From assembly GCA_009602725.1 (NCBI GenBank), contig WELB01000024.1, forward strand, positions 685,502-729,721: a stretch of DNA of 44,220 nucleotides, read 5' to 3'. The translations under genes were made by a program, and so were the position numbers. The notes below the pieces were generated by a model. The model had not been told where the DNA came from and did not search any database. It saw only the letters and a list, made by a program, of their open reading frames with translations. Positions within the stretch are counted from its first letter, which is position 1. Every line of letters begins with the position of its first letter. The DNA comes from Spirogloea muscicola. Its lineage: Eukaryota. This document shows, piece by piece, positions 1 through 12,281 of the stretch.

Positions 1-46
1 CCTTCTTCTATCCTCAATGGGCGAGCCCTTTCTTCTTTCTTGTTCC

Positions 47-245
47 GGTCGAGTCGACATGGCCCCCGTCAGCACGGCTCCCCCCGCTCTGTGGCACCTC
101 CGGCCCTCCTAGTATAGGGCGTCTTTTCATGTAGCCACATTCTTTGCGCTGCATTCTTTGCACTTTCTGCATTTTCTGCCTGAACAATGTAATGGCTTGA
201 ATTGGCCTCGCTTTAATTTCATGCGCACCGCGCGCCTTCTCTCTT
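47..245 (+). mobile_element. Truncated retroposon 3' end, family C 3' UTR; empty-site paralogue of 16282-16714
   Basis: Near-identical to 16282-16714 once two insertions there are removed. Ends in the GCCTGAACAATGTA...CATGCGCACCGCGCGCC motif plus a TTCTCTCT tail that recurs elsewhere in the window. Confidence 0.75.
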
Positions 246-357
246 TGGGCTGGCTTTGCCAGCCCCTATTCTCAATGGGCGAGCACTTACTTGCGATGAA
301 CTCTCCCCCTCGAGAGTGGCGCTGTGGGAAGCGAGGCCGGCGTCAGTTTCCTGTCAG

Positions 358-480
358 AGAAGGTGCTCGCCCATAGAAGAGAGGGGCTGGCAGGAGCCAG
401 CCAAAAAAAGAATGGACAAAATCCAAAGAGCTACAGGAGAATCACTCAGTAACCTCTGCTAAGCAGCCGCAGGTCCTGTC
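358..480 (-). mobile_element. Truncated retroposon 3' end, family B 3' UTR
   Basis: Minus strand reads DLRLLSRGY-stop (446-475), then TTGTCCATTC-T run-GGCTGGC loop GCCAGCC-CTATGGGCGAGC and a CTTCT tail. Confidence 0.75.
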
Positions 481-789
481 GGGCCCCGCCGCAGCCCCAT
501 CCGTCTGTTGTCCTCCGCAGCGCCTGCCGCCGCGCCGCGTCGCCTGCCGACCCGCGGATCCGCCGATGCGCCAACGCGCCTGCGCCACGGTCCGACACGG
601 CGGGGCCCAGCAGCGGCGGCCCAAGGCGGGCCCAGCAGCGTCGCCACTCGCGCCGCGAGCCGGACGGCGAGGCCACCGCCACCGCCAGCCGGCCTGCCCG
701 CAGGCGCCACGGGCGGAGGGCCTCTGCGGGGCCCACGGCAGCACAGGTGACGGCAGCGCAATCGACATCGGAGCGCGCTGGCGTGCCGG

Positions 790-1408
790 GAGCGGCCCGA
801 GCGGGAAGTAGATGCAGATACGGTGTGGGCCGCGTACGCAACAGTGGAGTTCGAGACGACGGGGCCGCCCGCTTTCAGTGTCAGGGCAAGCGGGCCGGTT
901 GTATCGGGGATACGTGTTTCGTTTCACGCCTGCTTTCGTGGCGGCGCTCCAACTCCCCAAGTCAGCTTGTCGGATTTGTGCTCACCCGTGGGTACTGATG
1001 TCACCTTATGAACCTTAGTGTAGGTTCTCCGTATTATGCAGCCCTGTTTAGTTTGCCCAAGACTCTGCCTTGAACAATGTATCGGCTTGAACTGGCCTCC
1101 ATTTCAATTCATGCGCCCCGTGCGCCTTCTCTCTTTTCGCTCTTGCAACGACGAGTTTCGGCCTGTTTGCAGCGTGCTCAGGCTAGTGCCTTGCACCAGA
1201 AAGCTGGGCGAGCTCTAGGTGGTGGCAGAAGGGCTCCGTTTCTGGCATCTAGTATTCATGCATCGATCATGGACCTTTATGTTTTGACCCGTGGTTATTG
1301 AGCGGGTCAATCTGCTGTAGGTTATGTAGATCTTTAGATGTGCTTGCCTTTGTGCTTGGTCATTTGGCCTACATTCGTTTCTAGTACATGGATTTACTTT
1401 TTTCTTTT
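790..1408 (+). mobile_element. Two head-to-tail truncated non-LTR retroposon fragments
   Basis: First ends VLTRGY-stop at 998, with a family C UTR and tail to ~1135. Second starts immediately after and encodes LQRRVSACLQRAQASALHQKAGRAL...DLYVLTRGY-stop (1301), resembling the QRxSxxLQRxxA C-terminus of RLE-type ORFs. Its UTR (1327-1400) recurs at ~28888-28960. The 5' boundary is approximate. Confidence 0.7.
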
Positions 1409-1949
1409 ACACAGCTTAGAAGCCCCCCGCGCACACCCCCCCATGGCGGGCTTCTTCGCCGGCCACGCCGCCGCCAAGCCTGGCAACCCATGTGCTCGCG
1501 CCGCTCTCGCACGGCTTCCGCCGCACTCCTCGCCTCGCTTGGAGGCGGCCGCTCACCCTGCCTCGGCGCCTCTTGCCCCCCTGGCCGCAGCATCGCAGCC
1601 CGCGGCGCCCGCGACACTCCTCAAGCTCTCCTTCCCCCCGGGCTCAGAACATGCATGTGAACAGTCCTGCAGCGTCCTTTGTCCACGCGGCCCACGCTTT
1701 GCCCCCTCAATTGTCGCCATGTGCGGGTCGCTCTTCCCCATCATCAATTCCCGCCATGTGCGGGTCGCTCACCTCCCTAACCATCTCTCCCTCACCATCG
1801 CCATCCCTTTGGGCCGTGTGTTCATTTTCGTTGGGCTGGCCTTTTACAGCTGGCGCAAGTGTATCGAATGCGCCTGGCCGTCTCGCTGCAGAGGTCTATG
1901 GCCCGGGCGTTGCACCTTCGTGCCCTCCCTGCTGCCTCTGGCTCTGGCC

Positions 1950-2150
1950 AGGGGACCCACTTCCACGAGCCTAGCATCTCCGACCTGCGGCTGCTTAGCA
2001 GAGCTTTCTGAGTGATGCGTAGCTGCTTTGTTTCTCTGTGTGCTTGTTTTCGTAGCGCTTCCCCTGGCCCCCTTCTCGTACTCTGTTCATTCTTTTTTGG
2101 GCTGGCTTTTCCGGCCCCTATTCTCAATGGGCGAGCACTTTCTTCTTTTA
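1950..2150 (+). mobile_element. Truncated retroposon 3' end, family A
   Basis: GGGGACCCACTTCC..., DLRLLSRAF-stop (1982-2011), family A UTR ending CTCAATGGGCGAGCACTTTCTTCT. Aligns by eye with 16333-16521 and 26414-26632. Confidence 0.8.
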
Positions 2151-2199
2151 CAGCCAAGCCCCGCTGAGGGAGCTTCTTCCTTCACCAGCTCATTCGGGC

Positions 2200-3340
2200 C
2201 CGTCATAGAGCATCGGCACATTCAAAAAGACCAGGCGTTCAAAAGGGCGCTGATTGCTTGACGGCCCACCAAGGTGCCCATGTCGGCTACTGTGCCCCTG
2301 CTGGCGCATGCCACTGTGGTAAGCAGCCCTTTGCAGGTTGTGTTTTTTAAATTTTCTCCAGAAGCATGACCATGGCATGTCATTGACTGTAAAATAACCC
2401 AGACCGCCACTATCAATCGCCAGTTTCGAAATCTCTCCAACGGTTGTGCAAGCAGCTACCATTCGGGCAACTCGAGGTAGCAGCAGTACGCTCATATTTG
2501 CTCAGCACTCAAGCAAACACTCTGTTTGCTCGCAAGAAGGGAGTGGCTCATGCATGTCAAGTATGTGATCCTAATGGCCAGCACTCAATCTGAAAGGACA
2601 TTGTTCCTTTACAGCCTTTCCAGCAGTAATTACACTGTCAATGTCCTGCCAGCGACTCTCAGTGTGCTGCCTTTGCCAGCAAGAAGCTGCTGGAGGACGC
2701 AACATGGCAGGCAAGTTAGTGTACGCTCTCATCACCATTTCGGCAGGAAGCAGACAGCTCCTTGTCACGTTGAACGCAGCCCTAGTGGTGGCCAGGACCC
2801 CGGACTCACTGTTCGCTGTATCTGCTGCAGCCAGGCTAGCCGTCACTCGGCCTGGCATTGTAAAAACCAGACTTTTGAGAACATTCATTCCGTCTGCTAC
2901 AAATATCCGTGGCGGCTACAGTAAGAAATGTTACCTTCTCCAGCATCTGATCCAGCTGGTGGATGCGCTTTGTCGTGGCCGGGGGGGCAGCTTGGGGAAA
3001 ACTAGCATTCCGGTCACTGCATGTTACAGAATGAGGCTTTCGCTAAGTTTGCAGCGATCCCAAGCTATGGCTGTTTACAGCTTGCTGAGCGTGCACTAGA
3101 CATTGGCAAGTCGCTTCCGTGGATTGCTCCGGCTCCTCAATGAAGCCTCTCCCCTTTGCGTATGCTCACTAGTGGGTACTGAGTCCCCCTTCAGCCGGCT
3201 TTCCTATCGCTACCTGAGCCACCTTAGCGTACGGCTTTGCCTTGTAGCCCCTCTTGTTGCACACTGGCTTTTGCCTGAAGATATATTTGGCTAAATCTGG
3301 CCTCCACTTCATTCCATGCGCACCGTGCGCCCCTCTTCTT
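2200..3340 (+). mobile_element. Highly degenerate RLE-type (CRE-like) non-LTR retrotransposon remnant with family C 3' UTR
   Basis: Broken frames give FIPSATNIRGG and RMRLSLSLQRSQA, then PLRMLTSGY-stop (3153-3182), then the family C UTR and a CTCTTCTT tail at ~3340. The 5' boundary is approximate. Confidence 0.6.
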
Positions 3341-3437
3341 ATCTGGCACGGCGCGAGCCGCTGGCGCCAGAGGGCTTAGGGGTAGGAATGTAGTTTGAAG
3401 GATTAGGCCTGCAGCGAGCCTGGGTGCCGAGTGGCTC

Positions 3438-4869
3438 ATGCAGCGAGCCAAGCGGAGGCCCAGACGGGCGGCCAAACCAGGCCGGGCTCCCACGCCGTTA
3501 TCTGGCTGGCTGGCTCACGCTCAGCTGTGGCCTTGAGCTCATCGCTGCCACGCCGCTGCATGCATGGCCTGGCCACCGCGTGACCGCCCTGACTTCCGAG
3601 TGAGGGCGTTCGGGCGTGGACACGAGATTTCTGAGAACGGCTTTGCTCGCCAGCAGCCATAGCTTGCGCTCCTACCACCTGCAACTGGGACGACCGCAGT
3701 GACCGCCCTTGCCGCGCCGCCACTGTCTTGCTCCTCACACCGGCCTGGCTAATCTGCGGAAGCCTGAGACAGGGCGTCTACCTGTTGAGCGGTAGCACAG
3801 ACATCAAGTCGGAGGTGAGCAAGGGTGGAGGAGGCAGTATTGGTTAAAGTGTGCCATTACGGCAGCATGACTGCACGTTGCTCTCGCACGGGCTACAGCG
3901 CTCCTCGCCATCCCTGGATACTTAGGGTAACATCAGCCTGGACCCAACTTGTATAGAATCATAAAGACATGCATAGCTGTCCACAACAGTCACATGCATT
4001 TCAAGACCTTGCTTCATTGCGCAGGTAAAATCTGTTTCAGCACAGAGGAATTTGCTGGCTGCAGTTGTTGGTGTGCCTAGAGAATATACTGCTGATGGGT
4101 ATATTCGCCACAGTATCCTGTGAGGGGTTGCAGGTAAGTTCGTGACCTGCACCTCGATGAGCGAGGCAGCTCTTATGCTTCCTTCTGGAATTTGGTGGTA
4201 AGCTTTCTGGTGGAACACTCCACGTCATTGCAATTGCCGTAAGTCCATGCTGACTGCAAAGCACATTGCGAAAGGAGGCAGTCTGAAGTCGCATAAGGTC
4301 CATCCATCCAGGCTGACGATCACAAGCCTACTTTTACACAGCTGTGCTATCTTGGGCCTGCTATGGGCCTACTATAGATGTTGTTTCTGCCTTAGCACGT
4401 CATTTATATGCATGCTTGTCCACTTTTGTTTCAGTTTGTCAGAGCGGCAGCACGCAGTAGCATCCGTCAACCCGTAAGCCGGACTCCATGCTGGTTGGCT
4501 GGGGCTCCAGTTTCAGGCCTCACTTACAAGCAGCTGCAGGCAACATCAGCGGCTTGCTTCTCCACGATAATTTACTGCGAGACGTACTCGAAGCTGCAGC
4601 TTGGCCGCCCATCAGCTGCTGAGGCTTTCTCATCAAAAATGAAGGAGCTGCAGATCAGGAATCCTGCTGTGGACCACTATGTCTTCAACTGTTGCTCTCA
4701 GAACAATATGATCGCTGCCAATGGTTACAAGTACGGATTGACATGTGCGGATGATGGTTACGGTGACCGCAACGGCGTCACAATGGGGGACTTGGACGAG
4801 GACACCTACGGGGCGCAGCACACTATTCTGAACTTCGACTACTCTCCCAGAAGCAAGCTGCTGGAATGA
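3438..4869 (+). CDS. Hypothetical spliced gene or pseudogene; only the last ~120 codons (to stop 4869) look clearly coding
   Basis: CpG-rich 5' region at ~3350-3800, several good donor-like sites (GTGAGC, GTAAGT), and protein-like ORF ...HYVFNCCSQNNMIAANGYKYGLTCADDGYGDRNG...LLE-stop. I could not build a continuous frame or recognise a family. Confidence 0.3.
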
Positions 4870-5583
4870 CATGGGCACACACACGGTAGTGCCCATGTCT
4901 ATACAACCTACTATGTGGCAGGAGCACCGAAGAAGAGCTGCACGTTAACAAACAGATGAGGACATGCAGCAACATGTAAAGGTTCCACATGATAAGACGC
5001 TTTAGCGTCAGACAGAGTTGCACACAGATCAAAGGTGTCACCACGGCCTTACATCACTCGACTTCACATGCCTCGGCGTTTCAGTAGTAATGCAGTTCAA
5101 TTTTGCTTAGTCGAATTTCAGCATTGACAGCAACAGCATGACTGCAGGACGGTCTTGCATCAAGTCCTGTACTGAATCTTAGGCTTCAGCTGAGAGATCG
5201 GCGCCTGTGTGTACACTGCAGCACATATAGCACATCAGTGAACAAACTGCACCTTTGATCCCCATGATGCTCTGCATTCATACGCACTGAGCAAGGAGGC
5301 TGCAGCTACTGTGCATGCATGCTGCAGCTGATAATGGTGGAGATGCGGCTCAGGACGGACTCTGAAGTACATGCCAACGTCCTGTAGTATACACGCGCCT
5401 GACGTGGACTGTGAATCTGGGTAGCAAGCTAGCATGCCTGTCATCATTGACATGAGATCTCGTGCTATGCATTTGCATTGAATAGCAACTGCATTACATA
5501 GCAGCCTCCAAATGGGGGGCCTTCGATTTGATAGTAGAGCGACCGATAGGAGCGTCATAAAGCATCACAATCTGTGTATACAG

Positions 5584-8500
5584 TCATGCTTGAATACTGC
5601 CATCCTCCAGGTATTTGTATTCAAAAGTGAAGCTGTTTTTGATGCGTGTGCACCTGCATTGACGGGCATGCACCAACATGCACACCTCAATCTGGGTAGA
5701 CGTACTCACAAAAGCACAGGACGACTGCAACCTACTAAGGAGGCATGACCGATACACCTAGACTTAAGCTGCATAGAATGTGGTTCCTATTTGAGCAGGC
5801 TATCAACAGAAACTGAAGAGCTCTCCAACAGCAACATGCTGACTAGAAGTGGGGCTTACCACCCGCTCGTCTGCCTGTTAGCACCTTCCACTTGGTGCAA
5901 GTTGAAGTCAAAGTACACGTAGCTACCCTGCTCCGACTCGTCTGTTGCTGTCTGCAAATGAGCATCAAGATTTCATTGCTCAGTGTCTATAGACAACTAC
6001 AGCAGTACTTTAATTGAGCCGTCACTGTGCCTCATCACGACAACAGTGATCAAATAATGCATCAAGTAGCATATGCATGCAAGTTCCGTGATATCACACA
6101 AAGCTTAAGTACGTAAGGTTGGGCGCTGCATTTGGAATCTGAAGTAGGTAACTAACATGAGGACTGGAATGGCGCTGAAACCAAGTGTTGTAGCGTGTGT
6201 GGTACCTCCACGCCTGCTTCTTAAGCTCCCGAGAAGCAAGGTACTGCAAATACGTGCCCTGTACAAGCAAAGGAAAGCACTCAAATGTCAGTGATGAATT
6301 GCTTATGCCAAGATCAGCATCTCTGATGCTCATCAGAGTGGCTCGCCTGAAAAGCTTCACAAATAAGGAGTACCTTTGGCAAAGTCTTATCTGCTTCGAG
6401 CCACAGGTGGTGCAACATCTTTATTTGCATCAAGTACGTCAAACACTCTTCCTATAGATTTATTTGAATTGAAGCAAGGATTGCAGATGCCGGTAACTGG
6501 CAGGATGATGCTTAGAAGCAAACGACTAAGCATGTTCAGCTTGATTGAGATGCAGCTTCATATCACTTTCCTTGCACCTGCTGGAAGTAGAAAGCGAAGA
6601 ACAAGGCATCAGTATCGAGCTTCTCAAACAGTGCATGAGCGTTTTGAGCTGCCACTGGCGCTTGCGGCCAGCTGCAGGGCAACTTCAATGGCTTTGAAGA
6701 TGCGAACGTTGGCCTTTTGTCAGCACAAGTCAGCGAACATTTGATTAGTACTTGATCAGCATAAGCTGGTATTGATAGTGGCTTTTACGGTACTAAGTCA
6801 TCTGAAGATTATGCTGCATGCTCTCGATGTTATATCCCTTCAGTATGATAGCTCACATGTGCTTGTATACAAGGTCGAAGAGGGTAGTATTTGGTGAACA
6901 AGAGAATGTTAGGCATCTATCAGCTATTGAAAGGTTACCATGCATCGCCTTGATTCGGCATTCCATTTGCTTGAGTCGGACTCATGTGCCTCAGCCCACT
7001 AATAAGCAGGGCGTCGGCCTCGTCAAGCGGTCCCTTTGTACACTTTGCAGGGTCAGGGAGCTCATGAGTTGCTAAGCTGGAGCGTGCGGAGGTGTCAATA
7101 TGATCCAGCCAACCAGGTGGAAATGACGGCTGAGAGTGCTCCGGAGGGGCTGCTGGCGTAAGTTGTTGATCTCGTTGGTGTTGAGTCAAGAACCTGTTAG
7201 GGTGGTCAAATTTGGGATTGAAGCCCAGCTCCCAGTCTTTCCGCAGCTTTTGTCCAACCTCCACGTCATTACCTTTCTCCTTTGCATAGATAGCAAGGCG
7301 AAGAGTCAGTCAGAAGCTGGACTCCTTGACATATTGTTCAGCTTTGATTTGTCCCATTCCACAAGTTGCATGCTCCATTTGCTAATCTCTACTGACCTCT
7401 GAGCCCAACTCCGCTTCCCTGGTATCTATGAATCTGAAAGCCTGATATTCTTTTTTTCTCTGCTTCTTTACCAAGAATCGAGATCGAAAGAGCTTGTTGG
7501 GGGTTGAATGATACGGTGTGCAGGATCAGAGATGTCGCCAGTGTGTGCATGAGTTGCTTGAGTCCGTATAGAACCTGAAAGTGGGGAAGGATGACTGGTA
7601 CGTACTTCACTCCCGCTTGTCTGGCTGGAATTGTCACTTTGCGGGTCAGTGGCTACTGTTTGCAAAGTTGCTGTAGAGGCCTGTACCCTGCTTCCACCTT
7701 TGGAAGAAGTTTCATGTGAGTCTAAGACATTAACCCCGATGTCACGAAGGACCTGCTCTTGCATCTGCAAGCAATAGAGATCGATACAATGAGTAAGTCG
7801 ATGCTGTTTGCAGCCATCCGCAGAGGATAAAAGATTTTGAAAATGCCGTACTATAAGTAAAGGCATCAAAAGGACACCGCCTCAGCCAAAAATGAGCATT
7901 TGCTGGAGCAATTGCTCATTTTGGTAGGTTGCACGCTGTCACTTTCTGATTACTTGTATCCACAGCCCTGAGCAATGAGGACAAGTTGCAATTAACTCAC
8001 TTGAGGAGGCTCATTACTCTTGGACGGACTAGCACTTGCATGTTGGGAGCTGGCCTGGGAGGTTCCATCGCTGACTTTGTCACCTTGGCTATCGAGTTGC
8101 CTTGTCTTCCGCAGAGTTGGCACAGTGCCTTTTATTCCAGAAATACTGCGAGAGAACAGCATGCTACTGGCCCTTGTACCAACTGGCGCAAGCCGTTCTC
8201 CCTGTCTCGACATCATTGATGAATGCACAGATGCATCCCTCCGCAAAAGCTCAACAGTCCCATCCTTTGTGTCCCTTTCACGAACCTGCAATGCCACAAA
8301 AAGAGAAAACTTCATGCATTGCAGAGTTTCTAGTCAATACTAGTCTCTGACGACTATATACTGCATGCACTGAGTGACGCAATTAAGCTTTGCAGAGTAT
8401 CTAGCCATTGCTCTTCTCTGACAAAGTAAGCTGCAGGCATCTCACTCAAGTCCAAAGCTTGTCATGTTCTACCTGTGCCAGACCTGTTCTATAGCAGCGT

Positions 8501-11500
8501 CTTGTGGTACCAAACGGCTGGATTCAGGAGGGCTTTCCCGCCCAAATGCTGCAGCCAGAAGTGAGGCTCGTCTTCGTGTAGCTAGCATCTGTGACTAGCA
8601 CAAGTCAGTCGTAGTGTTACTGCTTAATCTTGTAAGATTTGGCTCGTCCTACTGACGTTGCAGGCCGCCGGAGTGGCTGGTGTAAATCTAAATGACACAA
8701 CTATAAATGGACAAGTCGAGTATGCGATGAGAACATACAGATTGCGGAGAATGAGCAAGGTTGCAAGGAGACAAGGACTTGTTTCTTTTCCGTGTGTTCG
8801 ACATGTCTTCAGAGCATCCAGCGGCGGTTGGGCTGTATGCGCTGTCGGGTATTTGCATCGGCGATGGACTGCCCATGGCATCTGGCATTAACGATCCATG
8901 TGAGTGATTCAGATAAAAATATTTGCACGTCTTTTGAGTTGATGATCGAGATGTTATGTCCTGGGAATCACTGGCACCAACATAGCAGAAGCGTAACGAG
9001 CACTTTCAGCAGCTGAACACCTGTCAAGCAGGAAGAACGACACCCTGCTCGAATGCAACCAGTATCCTTCATGTAGCGCATAAGTAGGCACCTCAGTCAT
9101 AGACCCAAGCCTTGGTGTGCACATTACCTGTAACTTGTGGTGGAAATGCATCTGCCATAGTTGCTTGAAGCTCCTGTACAACCAACATAGGCCACATATT
9201 CAGCTACCATGCCCTATGCTCACAGAATTGCAAAAGATGCTGCTGTCAACTTGCAGTACACTGCTAGCTTTTTCCATAGAGATTAAGACAAGGTACAGTT
9301 ACTGCATGTTGACATTGTCAAGCAGCATACTAGACCTCCCATCAGTGTACGACTTGCGGGACTCAATCCTTTGGCCAAAGATTGGTCGACTGGCACCTTC
9401 AGCGAAGTACCACTTGTTGGTGAAGTGGCTGGCACAGCAGCTGCACTCTTCGGGCTGAGACCAGGTATAGCTTTGGCTGCACGTCAAGCACACATCTCAT
9501 CATTCGTTCTGTCCTCTAGATGCAGCCATCAGAAGCAGATACCCATGTTCAAGTGTAAGTCTCCAGGCTTCCATGGCTGCAGAAACAGATGCTTCAGGCC
9601 ACCATGCACAGATATCACAACATGATGCGAATATGCGCTGGTCGACTGATTAACACCGTATGTAAGGGTGTTTCCTGATATGGCAGCCAAAGCGCAAGCC
9701 TATTTCTGAGGTAGCATAATAGATATGCTGACAGTGATTTTGCACGACCTGCGCGCCCAATGCTAAGTTCTTCTCCAACTTTGCTGTCCAGCTTGTCAAA
9801 TGGGAGGTGACTGTAAACCGTCTCGTCATGCATGTAGTCTGGGTCCTGCATCCAGAAGTATGGGTGGTTCATATAAGCATGTTTAGGACGAAGCTACACA
9901 GCATTGAGAGGCTTGGTGGTACTCAGCTGGCATGCCTAAGAGACATATCGACCTTCCTTCAAAAGCTAAATAGCTGAACACGTGCTCGTACTTCCAGCAT
10001 CGATCTGCAACACAGCATAGACTGTAGCTGCAAGTACATGACGCCCTGCAACAGCCATCATGTACTTCAGAATGCACCAAGACATAGAACCTATGTTCGA
10101 ATCAGGTAGCCACCTGATTCATGTCAAGGTAATATTCCAGCGTGTCTCTCAGGTCGTCAACCTCTTGACAGGCAATCTCGTTGTTCTCCAGCAACCTATG
10201 TACCTGTGTAATACAAAAACAGGGTAAAGAGGTCGCCATCAGCAAGAGCAGGCTGTGAAACCAGCAGTACCTGTACAGTTGCTTGATTCTACACCATGTG
10301 CTGCTCCTGGTACTAGTTTCTTATGTGGGAGGCTTAAGCGAGCATGGAAGTAGAGCTTGCTAGGTAGAGTGTGAGATAGCACTGTGGTCATTACTAGGAC
10401 GACTCGACCCCGATGCAACCTTCAAATAACTTTGATACCTGTTCCAACTTTGCACGGTGCCACTTGTTCTGCACAGCAACACATGAATGTGAGAGCGTGA
10501 AAGCACACTGATGTGGGAGTGGTGCACTATTGAGATGTCTTCGGCATGATTGCAGACAGACATGCATCAGTGTTTGGAGGCTCTATCCAGAAGCTTTTGT
10601 TGCTTTCAGAAATGGCTGACGAGGCCAGGATGAGGACTGAAGAATGTTACGGCTTTCAACTACTGCTTCCTGGGTACTGAGCTTCCATCTGCATCTTCTC
10701 GTGTCTAGTTGTTTAGTTTTCCTTTTCGGCACCAATTTTGGCTTTGGATATTGTGCATTCGTTATGGGCTGGCTTTGCCAGACCCTCTTCTCTATGGGCG
10801 AGAAATTTCTTCCAATGGTGCAGAGATACTTTTCTTACCCTGTCAACCATGCACTCCAGCTCGGAAACCCTTGAATATGTCTTCTTGTTACTCCTTCCTG
10901 AATGGGAGCAGCCAATTGCAACAATGATCTCAAATTGCTGCCAATTGAAGGTCAGCATTGCTGTCCACAGTTTGTATTAGCTCAAGGGCTTGCTGCAGCT
11001 CCTCTACTTTGAGCCTCGAATCCGTAGGACCAAAATGAAACCCTCTGAGCTAAGTATTTTCTTCCAGAGATTATAAGTTCGTCATAGATGACATCGGATG
11101 CATGCAGTGCCTCACCTGGCCCTATGATTTCAATCTCTGCTTCAAATGCATCAATTTGCAGCTGAAGCGCATCAATTGTCTGTAGAAGCACACCACAAAG
11201 GTATCATTCCGATCCACTGTAATGAGGTCCAGCTGCAGCCAGTCTGTTCGAACAGGTGTGCCATGCATGATGCTGAAGCGCTGCTTACAGACTCCAAAGT
11301 ATGCTAGCTTACCTTATTGAGGAAGGTTGCTGCTTCGGCCTTCCCCTGCTCCTCTGGGTCCAATTTAGGCTTTGCCATGAACCGCATGACCAAATTTCGA
11401 ATCAAAAGTATTCAACAGATGCAAATGATGTCAATTGACAAGTCAGTGGGCATGACAAGTTCACAAGCACAATCCTCTCAGTACTAATACCAGTGTCCAT

Positions 11501-12281
11501 GAGCTGTCCAGCCGTGTACCTGCTGAACAAGCCCTTCCTTGGAGAATGCTTTTATTTTAGAGGCCTTTTCGCACTGCTTAAAGCGCTCCATTTCCTGTTC
11601 AATCTGCTTCCGTGCGCTCTCGAGCTGGTCTGACAGCGCTATATCTTGAGTGGACAGCCATGTTCGGATCTGATCTCGATATCTGTCGACAGTATGGCCA
11701 CCGCACAGCCAGAGAGGATCTCTCCACTTCTAGGACTAGGTGACCACATGTATCGATGCTGGCGCGCTTTGCATTCAAGTTCCACGAGATCATGACTCTG
11801 GAGTACGACACAGTCGCTTGCAGAATGCACATGCACGTGCAAGAGGTCAAGGATGATGGTATGTTGGTTTATGGGTATGTCAGTCGACTACGAGTCCGTA
11901 AGACAATGTGCTCGTACCTCTGTAATTTCTTAAGCTCCTTCTTCAGCTCGTTTTCGAATTTGTCCTTCTTTGCTGCCTGCTAATTCAAAAAGTGTCAAGT
12001 CATGGAGGCGTCGTAGTCATACTCCAGCTGCGCTAACAGATGTACCTAATTCAACACGTCTGCATGCAAGCTGTTGACTCATGTGACAGATGACGAAGCG
12101 CAGGCGTGGCTTATTGCTTGACAAAGAGAGGAAGGTCTAATATGAGCTTGCTCGCAAGAAGCTTACTACGCACATTGGTGGCTTGGTCCATCTTCTCCCA
12201 AGTCCTGCCGAATTCGTCCAGCCCTTCTTGGACCTTCTTCAGGGTCCTCTCTACCTCCAGCTGCATCTTCTTGGTTCCCAT
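5584..12281 (-). CDS. NOT3: CCR4-NOT complex subunit 3 (Not3 N-terminal coiled coil plus C-terminal NOT2/3/5 box), multi-exon
   Basis: Spliced exons read [20 protein letters not shown]..., [23 protein letters not shown]...[22 protein letters not shown], and at the C-terminus [48 protein letters not shown]|...[10 protein letters not shown]...[19 protein letters not shown]...stop. Central low-complexity exons and the exon near 10960-11040 are approximate. Confidence 0.95.
10700..10813 (+). mobile_element. Family B retroposon 3' end inside a NOT3 intron, antisense to the gene
   Basis: CTTTGGATATTGTGCATTCG...GGGCTGGCTTTGCCAGACCCTCTTCTCTATGGGCGAG...TTCTT matches 16170-16240. Confidence 0.75.

Noticed and set aside
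1707..1770. 37-bp-period duplication containing CGCCATGTGCGGGTCGCTC
   Set aside because: Real, but only two copies inside repeat debris, with no evidence of function.
1338..2015. 225-aa ORF and other overlapping ORFs in 440-2160
   Set aside because: Low-complexity translations that run across several repeat fragments; no recognisable domain.
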